From Candidatus Bathyarchaeota archaeon (lineage in GTDB: Archaea > Thermoproteota > Bathyarchaeia > TCS64): 64,000 nucleotides of DNA. The notes under the pieces were generated by a model. It did not search any database. It was not told the origin of the DNA and worked only from the letters and a program-made list of their open reading frames with translations. Position 1 is the stretch's first letter. Each line of letters opens with the position of its first letter. Shown in pieces: positions 30,657 through 40,709 of the stretch. The position numbers and the translations under genes were made by a program. Where the stretch lies: positions 224,001-288,000 of the forward strand of contig CAVYVF010000002.1 in assembly GCA_963771885.1 (NCBI GenBank), in the 5' to 3' direction.

Positions 30657-31617
30657 CGCTCTCTATCCCTTGCTCCGTTATCCTGATTGGCACCTCTCCC
30701 TCAGGGAGACTGGGGCTCACAGTAAGTTTGGCTATGCGTATATTATCCCTGCCCTTCCGGAGAAAGATGCGGGTGTGGCTCATGTGGCCGACGATGTGTC
30801 CCCCGACTGGCTGAACGCCCTTCGTGAAGAAGGCGTCCGGCTGGGACATCACCTGATTCGTGATGACTGCGACGGTATTGAATGCCCGGCTAAGCCTCAT
30901 CAGCTTGTGCATATGCTTGTTGAGAAGCTGCTGGCGGTTGGCAAGCATCTCGCGTCCGAGGTACTCACTCCTGAAGTGGCTGGTGAGACTGTCGACGATT
31001 ATGAGGCGTATGTTGTTCTCCTTGATGACCTCGTCAGCGTTGTCTAGGAGGACCATCTGGTGGTCGCTGGTGTAGGCCTCGGCGAATATTATCTTCTTGA
31101 GAGCGGCGTCGGGGTCGAGGCCGAACTTCTTCGCTATCTGCTGAATTCGCTCGGGGCGGAATGTGTTCTCGGTGTCAACGTAGAGGGCTCCTCCGTTGAG
31201 CCCGCCCTGCTCCTCGGGGAGCTGGACGGTGACGCAGAGCTGGTGGCATATCTGGCTCTTGCCTGTGCCGAACTCTCCGTAGAACTCGGTGAGGCTCTGG
31301 GTCTCGAGCCCTCCCTTGAGGAGCTGGTCGAGGCTCAGGCATCCAGTTGTTAACTGCTTTATTTGTTTCCTAATCTCGACGAGTTCGTCTCCTCGGACGA
31401 AGGTGATAGCGATGCTCTTCCGGGCTGCGTCGATGACCTTCCCCGCCGTCTCCTCGCCGATGCCCGCGGCGATCAGCTCCGCGGTCGTCGCCATGGCGAT
31501 GGACTCGACGGTCTTGAAGCCTATCTCTTTGAACTTCTGCGCCGTCGCGGGGCCGACGGAGGGCAGATCCTCAATCGACTGATACTTCGCCTTGTAGTAG
31601 TCGGTTTGATCTGCCAT
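30643..31617 (-). CDS. radA: DNA repair and recombination protein RadA
   Basis: N-terminal HhH (DLPSVGPATA), GEFGTGKSQ, VDTENTFRPER, IVDS, RQQLLNKH. Confidence 0.95.
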   Translation of the reverse strand: MADQTDYYKAKYQSIEDLPSVGPATAQKFKEIGFKTVESIAMATTAELIAAGIGEETAGKVIDAARKSIAITFVRGDELVEIRKQIKQLTTGCLSLDQLLKGGLETQSLTEFYGEFGTGKSQICHQLCVTVQLPEEQGGLNGGALYVDTENTFRPERIQQIAKKFGLDPDAALKKIIFAEAYTSDHQMVLLDNADEVIKENNIRLIIVDSLTSHFRSEYLGREMLANRQQLLNKHMHKLMRLSRAFNTVAVITNQVMSQPDAFFTKGVQPVGGHIVGHMSHTRIFLRKGRDNIRIAKLTVSPSLPEGEVPIRITEQGIESDEEI

Positions 31618-31649
31618 CTGAACCAACCTGCTCTCCGTCTAGTAGCTAT

Positions 31650-31862
31650 TTAAAGGACTTCCCGACTCTCCGAGCCGTCCGGTTCAAGCTCGATGGCAAG
31701 CACGCCCTCGTAGCCGCAGGCTCCGCAGTGCCACTTAGCTGGCAACATCCCAAAATTGGTCGTGTACTTCATGTCACTGCTGCCACATCGAGGACAGAAT
31801 ACTGGCTGTGGCTTGCGATGGGTGATCTTGCCGAGGGTATCTCTAATGCCCCCCGTCGGCAT
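31650..31862 (-). CDS. Small Zn-ribbon protein
   Basis: CPRCGS...CGACGY. Confidence 0.65.
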   Translation of the reverse strand: MPTGGIRDTLGKITHRKPQPVFCPRCGSSDMKYTTNFGMLPAKWHCGACGYEGVLAIELEPDGSESREVL

Positions 31863-31863
31863 T

Positions 31864-32172
31864 TTACTGGACCTCGATGTTCTCCTGTGGGAAACCCAGA
31901 TCTATCAGGACGTCCCTGACTACGTCGCGGTGGTCACCCATGAGCATTATTTGCTCGTCCTTTGCCGTGCCACCGCAGGCGCATTTGTTCTTCAACTGGG
32001 TAGCTATCTTCTTAAGCTGGTCACCCTTCGAGTCGATTCCATCGATGATGGTCCAAGTCTTGCTCCATTTACGGTTCTCTAACCGAATTCTTATCCGCTG
32101 CTGCTCCCTGCTCATCTCCTCGCAGACACAAAGGTCCTTCGGGAGGCCGCAGACGGGACAAATCTCCGCCAT
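31864..32172 (-). CDS. Translation initiation factor aIF1 (SUI1)
   Basis: CPVCGLPKDLCVC, LKNKCACGGT, MGDHR. Confidence 0.92.
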   Translation of the reverse strand: MAEICPVCGLPKDLCVCEEMSREQQRIRIRLENRKWSKTWTIIDGIDSKGDQLKKIATQLKNKCACGGTAKDEQIMLMGDHRDVVRDVLIDLGFPQENIEVQ

Positions 32173-32532
32173 TCTCAAGCATGTCTTAGCGCCCTCCTAC
32201 TAAAAGCTTTACTGTTTTGGGGGAAGACGCGAGAAAATTAGCGTGGTAGGCAGCTGGGCTAAGACTTCTAGTCCATCGTTTTTTCCGGGCGTTTTTCTGG
32301 GGTATTTTCGGTAGATGGGCGATGAACTAGGTTATTCGCGGGTTCGTCTCTGCTAGAGTTACCTATTTTTATGAATTCCTGCTATTGCGGGTTCGCTCGC
32401 GCATATCTATCGCCGGATTCGTCGCGGGTCTCGCATTGACGGCGTTCTTGCCGTTGGGAGAATGGCTGTGGACAATCATTCTCCTAGTGTCGGACTCCGC
32501 CTATTCGACAATTTAGCGAGAAAAAAAGGCGC

Positions 32533-33138
32533 TCAGGTGTAGTTCTGGAGCAGGCTGAACGCCTTCAGGGCGTCCTTCGTATCGAGCACGATGATGGTGT
32601 TCGTGAAGCAGCTGATGAACTCAATGATGTTTATGTCGTGACCGCCCATGAGTTGTGTTATAAAGGCGACGAATCCAGGGGTCGTCTCCACGCGGTCAGG
32701 GCTTAGGAGGACAAGCGCCACGAGGTTGCTCATGACTTGCACTTGCTTCGGCATTTCCTTTCCCAGCGTCGTCTGGTCGACTATGTAGACGAAACTATCC
32801 GTGAGAGATGCGGCGATGAGACAGGGTATGTCAAGCTTTATTGGACTTATTAGAACGGCGATCTTGTCCTGCAGGCGGACCTTCGACTCTTTGAGTATGC
32901 TCCTGACCTCCTCCTCCTGTAACCCGCGCTCCTTGGATAGATCCTCGGCGATGCGTATCACCGCCGCCTTTACCGCTTCGGTGCTACCTTCCCCAATCTC
33001 TTTTTGTAACATCCTGGCGAGAGCGCTATAGTTGACTATCCCCATTTTGAGGGCGTCGAGGAGGCTCGGCCTCATCTGGATCGCCTCGCGGACCCGCCGC
33101 GCCACTGACTTCGTCCCATTATCGTTATTGTTTGCCAT
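32533..33138 (-). CDS. ACT-domain regulatory protein
   Basis: GIVNYSALAR, TPGFVA, INIIEFISCFT. Confidence 0.8.
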   Translation of the reverse strand: MANNNDNGTKSVARRVREAIQMRPSLLDALKMGIVNYSALARMLQKEIGEGSTEAVKAAVIRIAEDLSKERGLQEEEVRSILKESKVRLQDKIAVLISPIKLDIPCLIAASLTDSFVYIVDQTTLGKEMPKQVQVMSNLVALVLLSPDRVETTPGFVAFITQLMGGHDINIIEFISCFTNTIIVLDTKDALKAFSLLQNYT

Positions 33139-33241
33139 AAACGAAACACCTTTGCACTATACTATAAAGATGCGCCCCGTTTTCCCGCACTCCACAGAAG
33201 CGTTTCATTACGGATATCAGTTGCGATTCCCCTTATCTCCC

Positions 33242-33604
33242 ATGGAACCCGGTGGCAGGGCGGCGAGGTTCGAGCGCGAACGCGCCACGATCGAGAACAT
33301 GATCGCTATATACTGCACCGAAAAACACGCGGGACAAGGGCTCTGCGCCGAATGCCGAAAGCTTCTCGAATACTCCACGGCTCGACTCAACAGCTGCCCC
33401 TATGACGAGGGCAAGCCGACATGCAATAGGTGCATAATCCACTGCTACGACTCAGCCCACCGCGAGCAAATCAAGGCAGTGATGAAATACGCCGGATCCA
33501 GAATGCTGCTGTACCACCCAGTACAAGCCCTCCGACACCTCGCTGACGAATTAAACACGCCAAAGAACAGGCTTCAAAACACAGCCAACAAACACAACTC
33601 TTGA
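33242..33604 (+). CDS. YgbA / nitrous-oxide-stimulated-promoter family Cys-rich protein
   Basis: MIAIYC..H, LCAEC, CPY...KPTCNRC.IHCY, VMKYAG. Confidence 0.8.
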   Translation: MEPGGRAARFERERATIENMIAIYCTEKHAGQGLCAECRKLLEYSTARLNSCPYDEGKPTCNRCIIHCYDSAHREQIKAVMKYAGSRMLLYHPVQALRHLADELNTPKNRLQNTANKHNS

Positions 33605-33875
33605 AAAAGGGAGGAGCTGGGTACCTCTAAAAAATAATTACGACTCTGTTACCAAAATAGACGAGAAAACAGCCCTTTCCCAATATAAAAATGACCAAAA
33701 ACGCCCATTAACTGACTTAAAAATACTCGAAAAGTGCATCCAAAATGCTGTTTTTCCGACCAGGTAATGACCTGAACGGCCCGAACGAGGCGCATCGAAT
33801 AATGCGGTCTTTTTACGCACCAACGCGCCTTATATTACACCTGAGACAATTCAACCTTTAACCAGAGGACACACG

Positions 33876-34205
33876 ATGTCGAAGGAAGAGTCACTCGTCG
33901 AGATACTCGAAGCCGCCCTGCCCCTCCCTCCAAAGGTCGTCCTCGGCTACAAGAACCTCGAACCAGTATTCACGAGCGGCGACCTCGCACGCGTCTGCGA
34001 CATAAGCAGGAGCAGTGCCAAGTTCTACGTAAATAAGATGGTCGAGCTCCGCCTCGTCGCTAAAGTCCCCCATAAGCGAATGTACCAGAAGTACCCAAAC
34101 GCGACCACCTTCAGCGCCTGGCTCCGCGACCTTATGAAGCTCGCCCTCGAGCCCCTTGAGAGCGGGCAGCTGCCTCTCCCCGAGGAGAAGGAAGAAGAGG
34201 ATTAG
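33876..34205 (+). CDS. Winged-helix DNA-binding protein
   Basis: FTSGDLARVCDISRSSAKFYVNKMVELRLV. Confidence 0.65.
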   Translation: MSKEESLVEILEAALPLPPKVVLGYKNLEPVFTSGDLARVCDISRSSAKFYVNKMVELRLVAKVPHKRMYQKYPNATTFSAWLRDLMKLALEPLESGQLPLPEEKEEED

Positions 34206-34207
34206 CC

Positions 34208-34663
34208 GTGTCCCTCCGTGACATCGCCAACCCCAAGAAGAGGCGTGAGAGATTCACGCGGACGCTGACGGGCAAGCAGGTGCGCGCGATGAAGAAGCGG
34301 GGCTACGATGCAGAGCGCGAACTCGTGGCGATGATGCGCGAGGTTGGCTTCGACGCGGTCAGGATCCCCGTCAGCGCGCCTAGCACCGAGCCCCTCCCAG
34401 ACGTGTTCGCCGTCAAGGACAAAACCGTCGTCGCCTTCGAGGTAAAGAGCCAACTGAGGTACAGTTACTACAAGGCAGACCAGATCGCCAAGCTCAACGG
34501 CTTCCTCGACATGCACAAGCTTTACCCCCGACGCTACGCTGTGATCGCGGGGAAGTTCAAGTACAAGGGCTGGTGCTTCAATATCGCCGAGCGCCCCGGC
34601 GACTACACGCTCAAGACCGGCGAGGGGCTCACGTTCAAGGAGCTTATCGCCAAGATGACCTAA
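34208..34663 (+). CDS. hjc: Archaeal Holliday junction resolvase
   Basis: GYDAERELV, GF.AVRIP.S, PDVFA, FEVKS. Confidence 0.8.
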   Translation: MSLRDIANPKKRRERFTRTLTGKQVRAMKKRGYDAERELVAMMREVGFDAVRIPVSAPSTEPLPDVFAVKDKTVVAFEVKSQLRYSYYKADQIAKLNGFLDMHKLYPRRYAVIAGKFKYKGWCFNIAERPGDYTLKTGEGLTFKELIAKMT

Positions 34664-34706
34664 CTCTCCATCTTTTTGTTTATATAGCCTGATTCCAGAT
34701 TCACAT

Positions 34707-37118
34707 ATGATTAAAGGGGAACACGGAATGATCCCAGAGCTAACACACGACAAGGCGAGGAATAAGTTCAAGATAAGCGCACTGGACTGCGCAACGACGG
34801 AAGAGCTTGAGCCACTCCACCAGATCATCGGGCAGGACAGGGCTGTGAAGGCTCTCCAGTTCGGCTTGAAGATGAAGGACGGTGGCTTCAACATCTACGT
34901 CTCCGGCCAATCCGGCACGGGAAGGAAGACCACAATCGTCAACTTCCTGCAGGAGAAGGCAAAAGAGATGCCTATCCCACCCGACTGGTGCTACGTCAAC
35001 AACTTCAAGGACCCCAACCAGCCGAACGTCCTCAAGCTCCCCGCAGGGAAGGGAAAAAGCTTCCACAACGAAATGGAAAAGTTCACCGAGGAGGTGAAGA
35101 AGGAGCTACAGAAGGCGTTCGAGAGCGAAGACTACGCCCAGAAGCGGACGAGCAACGTGAAAAAGTTCGACGAGGATAAGGCGAAGCTCTGGCAGGAGAT
35201 TAACCAGAAGGCTAACGAGGCTGGCTTCGTCCTCCAGAGGAGCCCGGTCGGGATCGCAATCATCCCCGTCATAAACGGGCAGCCCATCGCCGACGAGCAG
35301 TTCACCGCCTTACCCCCCAAGATCAGGGAGCAGATAAGGACCCGACGCGAGACTCTTCAGGACGACTTCAGGAGCGCCTTCCGCCAGTTCCGCGACCTCG
35401 ACAAGAACGCGGAGGAAGCCATCGAGAAGTTCAACAAGGAGGTCGCGACCTACGCGATGGACCACCTCCTCGAGGTTCTTCTTGAAAAATATGGCGACAT
35501 CGACGAGGTCAAGGAGTTCCTCGGCAGCGTCAAGGATGACATACTCAATAACCTGACCACGATACTGACGGCGGGTCAACCCCAACAACAGCAGCTCCCC
35601 TTCCTCATGCCGAGCGTTTCAGCCGATCCCACGAACGCCTACAAGGTCAACCTTCTCGTTGACAACTCCGAACTCAAGGGCGCTCCAGTCATAACGGAGA
35701 TGAGCCCGACTCAGCCCCACCTCTTCGGCATCGTCCAGAAGGAGGCACGTTTCGGTGCATTACTCACAGACTACACAATGATACGCGCTGGCTCAGCACA
35801 CAAGGCGAACGGCGGCTTCCTCGTCATTCCAGTCGAGGACCTGCTCATGGACGCGATAGCCTGGGATAGCCTCAAGAAGACCATCACGAGCAGGAAACTC
35901 ACTGTCGAGGACATCGCGCAGCGCCTCGGCTACGTCGCAACGAAGACCCTGACGCCGGAGCCGGTGCCGTTCGACGCTAAGGTGATCCTTATCGGCAGTC
36001 CAGATATCTATTACCTGCTCTACCAGTACGATCGCGACTTCAGGGAGATATTCAAGGTAAAGGCCGACTTCGACACCTCTATGGAGCGGAACGAGAAGAA
36101 CGTCAAGATGTACACCTCTTTCATGTGCACTTTATGCACTAAGGAGAAGATCAAACACCTCGACGCCTCGGGGATGGCCGCAGTTATAGAGTACAGCTCA
36201 CGCCTCGCAAACGACCAGGAGAAGCTCTCGACCTGGTTCGCCCAGGTGGCGGACATCATCAAGGAGGCATCCTACTACGCTGGGGAGGACGGCTCGGAGT
36301 ATATTTCCGGGAAGCATGTCGAGAGGGCGTTAGAAGAGAAGGTCTACAGGAGCAACCTGATCGAGCAGAAGATGGAGAAGATGATAGAGGAGGGGACAAT
36401 CCTCGTCGACACCGACGGTGAGAAGGTCGGCCAGATCAACGGGCTCAGCGTCCTCGCCCTCGGAGACTTCGCTTTCGGCAAGCCGAGCAGAATAACCGTC
36501 AGCGTCGGCGTCGGCAAGAAGGGCATCATCGACATAGAGCGTGAGGCGCAGATGGGTGGCCCAATACACACGAAGGGGGTCCAGATACTGAGCGGGTTCT
36601 TAAACGAACGCTACGCGAAGGACGTCCCACTGAGCCTCACGGCGCGCCTAGTCTTCGAGCAGAGCTACAGCGGTGTCGAAGGCGACTCTGCTTCGAGCAC
36701 GGAGCTCTACGCGCTTCTTAGCGCCCTGAGCGGCAAGCCAATACGCCAGCACTTCGCCGTCACGGGCTCGGTCAATCAGATGGGAGAGGTCCAGGCAATC
36801 GGTGGAGTAAACGAGAAGCTCGAGGGCTTTTACCAGCTCTGCAAGGCGAGGGGGCTCGACGGTCAACACGGTGCTGTGATACCCGCGAGTAACGTCAAGC
36901 ACCTCATGCTCAAGCAGGAGATCGTCGACGCGATAAGGGATGGCAAGTTCCATATCTACCCCGTCTCGACGATCGACGAAGGCATCGAGGTTCTGACTGG
37001 TGTCCCCGCCGGTAAGCTGGGGAAGAGTGGCAAGTACCCAGAAGGGACTATCAATCGCCTAGTCCAGGACCGTCTCGCCGAACTAGCCGAGAAGGTAAAG
37101 GGCTACCACGAGGACTAG
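34707..37118 (+). CDS. Lon-like protease, LonC type (AAA_32 + Lon_C)
   Basis: IIGQDRA, DWCYVNNF, HKANGGFL, FEQSYSGVEGDSASS, IGGVNEK. Confidence 0.9.
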   Translation: MIKGEHGMIPELTHDKARNKFKISALDCATTEELEPLHQIIGQDRAVKALQFGLKMKDGGFNIYVSGQSGTGRKTTIVNFLQEKAKEMPIPPDWCYVNNFKDPNQPNVLKLPAGKGKSFHNEMEKFTEEVKKELQKAFESEDYAQKRTSNVKKFDEDKAKLWQEINQKANEAGFVLQRSPVGIAIIPVINGQPIADEQFTALPPKIREQIRTRRETLQDDFRSAFRQFRDLDKNAEEAIEKFNKEVATYAMDHLLEVLLEKYGDIDEVKEFLGSVKDDILNNLTTILTAGQPQQQQLPFLMPSVSADPTNAYKVNLLVDNSELKGAPVITEMSPTQPHLFGIVQKEARFGALLTDYTMIRAGSAHKANGGFLVIPVEDLLMDAIAWDSLKKTITSRKLTVEDIAQRLGYVATKTLTPEPVPFDAKVILIGSPDIYYLLYQYDRDFREIFKVKADFDTSMERNEKNVKMYTSFMCTLCTKEKIKHLDASGMAAVIEYSSRLANDQEKLSTWFAQVADIIKEASYYAGEDGSEYISGKHVERALEEKVYRSNLIEQKMEKMIEEGTILVDTDGEKVGQINGLSVLALGDFAFGKPSRITVSVGVGKKGIIDIEREAQMGGPIHTKGVQILSGFLNERYAKDVPLSLTARLVFEQSYSGVEGDSASSTELYALLSALSGKPIRQHFAVTGSVNQMGEVQAIGGVNEKLEGFYQLCKARGLDGQHGAVIPASNVKHLMLKQEIVDAIRDGKFHIYPVSTIDEGIEVLTGVPAGKLGKSGKYPEGTINRLVQDRLAELAEKVKGYHED

Positions 37119-37174
37119 AAATCCATCACATTCTTTTTCTTCCACGTCCTCGTTCTTTCTTGAGGCACGTCTAG

Positions 37175-38095
37175 ATGGAGAAGGTCTGGGACGTCATCAT
37201 TGTGGGAGCCGGACCCGCGGGTTTGACCGCGGGCATCTACACGGCGCGCCACGGGCACAGCACCCTATTACTCCACAGTGGAAAGATCGGCGGAAGGGCA
37301 CTCGAGGCGCATAGGGTGGAAAACTACCCCGGCTTCCCACAGGGTCTCACCGGTCCGGAGCTAATGAAGCTGTTCGAGGAACAGGCGATGAGGTTCGGCG
37401 CCGAGATACGACTTGAAACCGTCATCGGGCTCTCTGACGCCGGCGACTACAAGATAGTGTCGACGCGTAGTGGCTACCATCAGGGCAAGACTGTCGTCCT
37501 CGCCACCGGGATACAGCGGAAGCAGCTCTCCGTCCCCGGGGAGATGGAGTTCAAGGGCAGAGGCGTCAGCTACTGTGCCATCTGCGATGGCCCATTCTTC
37601 AGAAACAAGGTCGTTGCAGTCGTCGGCGGGGGACACGAAGCCATCATCGATACCCTCCACCTTACCGAGACCGCCTCCAAGGTTTACGCAATACCTGGCA
37701 AGAAGGGGTACAGCGACAACTACCCGGAGCTCGCCGCTCTCAGGGGCAACTCTAAGGTCGAGGTCATCGAGGGCAAGGACATCACCGAGATAATCGGGGG
37801 CGAATTCGTGACAAGCGCCAAACTCACCGGTAGTGACGCCGACAGCATCAAAGTCGATGGCGTTTTCATCCTACTCGAGCACGTTCCAACCTCCAACATA
37901 CTAGTCGAGGCTGGGATTGACGCAGACGAGGGCGGATGCGTCATAGTTGACAAGAGCCAGCAGACCAACATCCCCGGTGTCTTTGCGGCGGGCGACTGCA
38001 GTTGCACAGGCTGGCAGGTGGTAACCGCCGCCGGCGACGGTGCGAAAGCCGCGCTAACTGCGATGAAGTACCTCAATCGGAGGCCTACACCATGA
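37175..38095 (+). CDS. trxB: Thioredoxin reductase
   Basis: GAGPAG, ENYPG, CAICDG, FAAGD. Confidence 0.9.
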   Translation: MEKVWDVIIVGAGPAGLTAGIYTARHGHSTLLLHSGKIGGRALEAHRVENYPGFPQGLTGPELMKLFEEQAMRFGAEIRLETVIGLSDAGDYKIVSTRSGYHQGKTVVLATGIQRKQLSVPGEMEFKGRGVSYCAICDGPFFRNKVVAVVGGGHEAIIDTLHLTETASKVYAIPGKKGYSDNYPELAALRGNSKVEVIEGKDITEIIGGEFVTSAKLTGSDADSIKVDGVFILLEHVPTSNILVEAGIDADEGGCVIVDKSQQTNIPGVFAAGDCSCTGWQVVTAAGDGAKAALTAMKYLNRRPTP

Positions 38096-38352
38096 TCAAG
38101 ATCGAATACTTCCACAACCCGGTCTGCCCATACTGCCCCGCCGCTGAGACCCTCATAAAAAAGGTCATGGAGGGACTGAAGGACATCGAGTTAGTCTACG
38201 TCGACACTTGGACTGAGCAGGGAATAGCACGTGGGATGGCCCTGAACCTCATGGCTGTCCCAGCCATAGCAATAAACGGCGTAGTAAAGCTGACCGGCTG
38301 GCCGTTCGAAGTCGCAGATCTTATAACATACATCAACGAGGCACGCGTTTAG
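38092..38352 (+). CDS. Thioredoxin/glutaredoxin-like protein
   Basis: CPYC, AVP; ATG overlaps the trxB stop. Confidence 0.85.
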   Translation: MIKIEYFHNPVCPYCPAAETLIKKVMEGLKDIELVYVDTWTEQGIARGMALNLMAVPAIAINGVVKLTGWPFEVADLITYINEARV

Positions 38353-38412
38353 CCTACGATCGGCACATTTTTACACACATCGTCGATGGAACCTAGTTAG
38401 GGGTAGACTCCA

Positions 38413-39669
38413 TTGCGTTACTCGATCGCTGGTATCAAAGCCCGGGAGATCCTGGACAGTAGAGGTAATCCGACAATCGAAGTCGATATAACAACTGAGG
38501 GCGGCGTAACCGGTTCGGCTGCCGTCCCTAGCGGCGCATCGACGGGCATCTACGAGGCGGTCGAGATACGCGACGGTGGCAAGAGGTACGGCGGAAAAGG
38601 CGTACAGAAGGCCGTCGAGGCGGCAACTAAGACGATCCAGCCCAAGCTCAAGGGTGTCGACGTAAGGCGCCAGAAAGAGATCGACTACGCAATGATCACC
38701 CTCGACGGAACTGAGAACAAGTCAATCCTCGGCGGAAACACGATGCTCGGCGTCAGCCTTGCATGTGCCCGCACCGCGGCGGCGTCCGAAAGCCTCAGGC
38801 TCTACGAGTACATCGACAGGAACGCGACGCTGCTCCCCGTACCATTCTTCAACGTTATCAACGGCGGCAAGCACGCCGGGAATCAACTAGACTTTCAAGA
38901 GTTCATGATCGCCCCGACTGGCGCCACGAGCTTCCGCGAGGCGCTCAGGATGGGTGCCGAAGTCTACCAGACGCTCAAGGGGCAGCTACTCAAGACCTAT
39001 GGGAAGAACTCGATAAACGTCGGAGATGAGGGAGGCTTCGCGCCACCAATCAAGACCCCCGAGGAGGCGCTGGACGTGCTTTGGAAGGCGATAAAGGAGG
39101 CTGGATACGACGGGAAAGTGATGATTGGCCTCGACGTAGCCTCCAGCACATTCTACAAGGACGGATACTACACTGTCTCGGGGAAGCGATACAGCTGCAA
39201 CGAACTCATCGAGTTATACAAAGGGCTAGTGAAGGCCTATCCCGTTGTCAGCATCGAGGATCCCCTCGAGGAGGAGGACTTCGAAGGCTTTGCTGAGATC
39301 ACTAAGGCGATCTCGCGCCAGATCGTGGGTGATGACCTCTTCGTCACTAATCCGAAGAAGCTGGCTAAGGGCATCGAGATGGGCGCATGCAACGCTCTGC
39401 TCTGGAAGGTAAACCAGATCGGTACACTCACCGAGGCACTCGAAGCCGCGACGCTGGCGAAAAAGAACGGCTACGGAGTCATGGCTTCACACCGGAGCGG
39501 AGATACTGAGGATCCCTGGGTCGCGGATCTCTCCGTCGGAATCGAAAGCGGGCAGATAAAGAGCGGTGCCCCAGCGCGCGGCGAGAGGACGGCGAAGTAC
39601 AACCAACTTCTAAGGATCGAGGAGTGGCTCGGCTCGAAGGCAAAGTACCCTCGGAATCTCTTCAAGTAG
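38413..39669 (+). CDS. eno: Enolase
   Basis: DSRGNPT, PSGASTG, GDEGGFAP, SHRSGDT, AKYNQLLRIE. Confidence 0.97.
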   Translation: MRYSIAGIKAREILDSRGNPTIEVDITTEGGVTGSAAVPSGASTGIYEAVEIRDGGKRYGGKGVQKAVEAATKTIQPKLKGVDVRRQKEIDYAMITLDGTENKSILGGNTMLGVSLACARTAAASESLRLYEYIDRNATLLPVPFFNVINGGKHAGNQLDFQEFMIAPTGATSFREALRMGAEVYQTLKGQLLKTYGKNSINVGDEGGFAPPIKTPEEALDVLWKAIKEAGYDGKVMIGLDVASSTFYKDGYYTVSGKRYSCNELIELYKGLVKAYPVVSIEDPLEEEDFEGFAEITKAISRQIVGDDLFVTNPKKLAKGIEMGACNALLWKVNQIGTLTEALEAATLAKKNGYGVMASHRSGDTEDPWVADLSVGIESGQIKSGAPARGERTAKYNQLLRIEEWLGSKAKYPRNLFK

Positions 39670-39881
39670 ATTGTCGATTTCGCACTTTCTCGGGCCACAC
39701 TCTGCTGGTCAGCAGTTTCGAGTCCTCTGTAGGTTTCTGCTATACGCTTAGACTCACCGCCTGTTTAGGAAATGTATTGAACCCTAATGGATTCAATTCC
39801 CGTGGGCTCTACCAAATCATGTGAGAGATAAGGCTAGCCGGCGCTGGGTATATAATCCTAGCCTGACAATGCTGTTGTGGC

Positions 39882-40709
39882 TTGAGATCGCTTCCCCCGA
39901 TGTTGACACCTGATGTGGCGTGTCGGATACTCAGTGGGGATACCGAGGTTTCACTAGATCTCGGGCTCAGTATCTCAACCGTTTCATGCAATGGCGATCA
40001 CTACAAAATTATGGGTCATCACGTCTCCCGCATTGATCTGGGGGATGTTGCTGAGAGAGAGAACGCCGTCTTCTTCCCCGAGGGAGATTCACTATTCCAA
40101 GTCGCCATTGCTGATGGTGGATTTTTCAAGCTTGTGCCGACTGGCGGGGCGCCGACGCTCGAGATTGACGGTGTGCGTATGCATAGGACGAAGGATACTA
40201 CCCCCGATGCTGATACAAGGGAGAAGCTAAATATCCTCGGCTTAAGCGGTGGGAAGGTTCTCGACACCTGCATGGGGCTCGGCTACACAGCCATAGGTGC
40301 CGTCGATAGGGGGGCTGAGGTTGTTATCTCCATAGAGCGACAGCCCCCGGTAATCAGGGTCACACAGATGAACCCCTGGTCGAGGCGACTATTCGAAGGC
40401 GATGTATCTCTCATCCTCGGAGACAGCTTCTACGCTATCAACTCCCTCCCAATCGGGTTCTTCGATTGGGTTATCCACGATCCCCCGAGGCTAACCCATG
40501 CGGGTAGCCTTTACAGCGAGGAGTTTTACACAAAACTCTTCAAAGTGATGGTTTCGGGGGGCAGGCTATTCCACTACACCGGGGAGCCGAGGTCACGGTA
40601 CAGGGGCGTCGACCTTCAGAATGGCGTGCAGAGACGTCTGAGGGCGGCGGGGTTCAAGGAGACGGAATACCACCCTGTTGTCATGGGAGTGACCTGTGAG
40701 AAGCCCTAG
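39882..40709 (+). CDS. Class I SAM-dependent methyltransferase
   Basis: VLDTCMGLGYTA, HDPPR. Confidence 0.8.
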   Translation: MRSLPPMLTPDVACRILSGDTEVSLDLGLSISTVSCNGDHYKIMGHHVSRIDLGDVAERENAVFFPEGDSLFQVAIADGGFFKLVPTGGAPTLEIDGVRMHRTKDTTPDADTREKLNILGLSGGKVLDTCMGLGYTAIGAVDRGAEVVISIERQPPVIRVTQMNPWSRRLFEGDVSLILGDSFYAINSLPIGFFDWVIHDPPRLTHAGSLYSEEFYTKLFKVMVSGGRLFHYTGEPRSRYRGVDLQNGVQRRLRAAGFKETEYHPVVMGVTCEKP

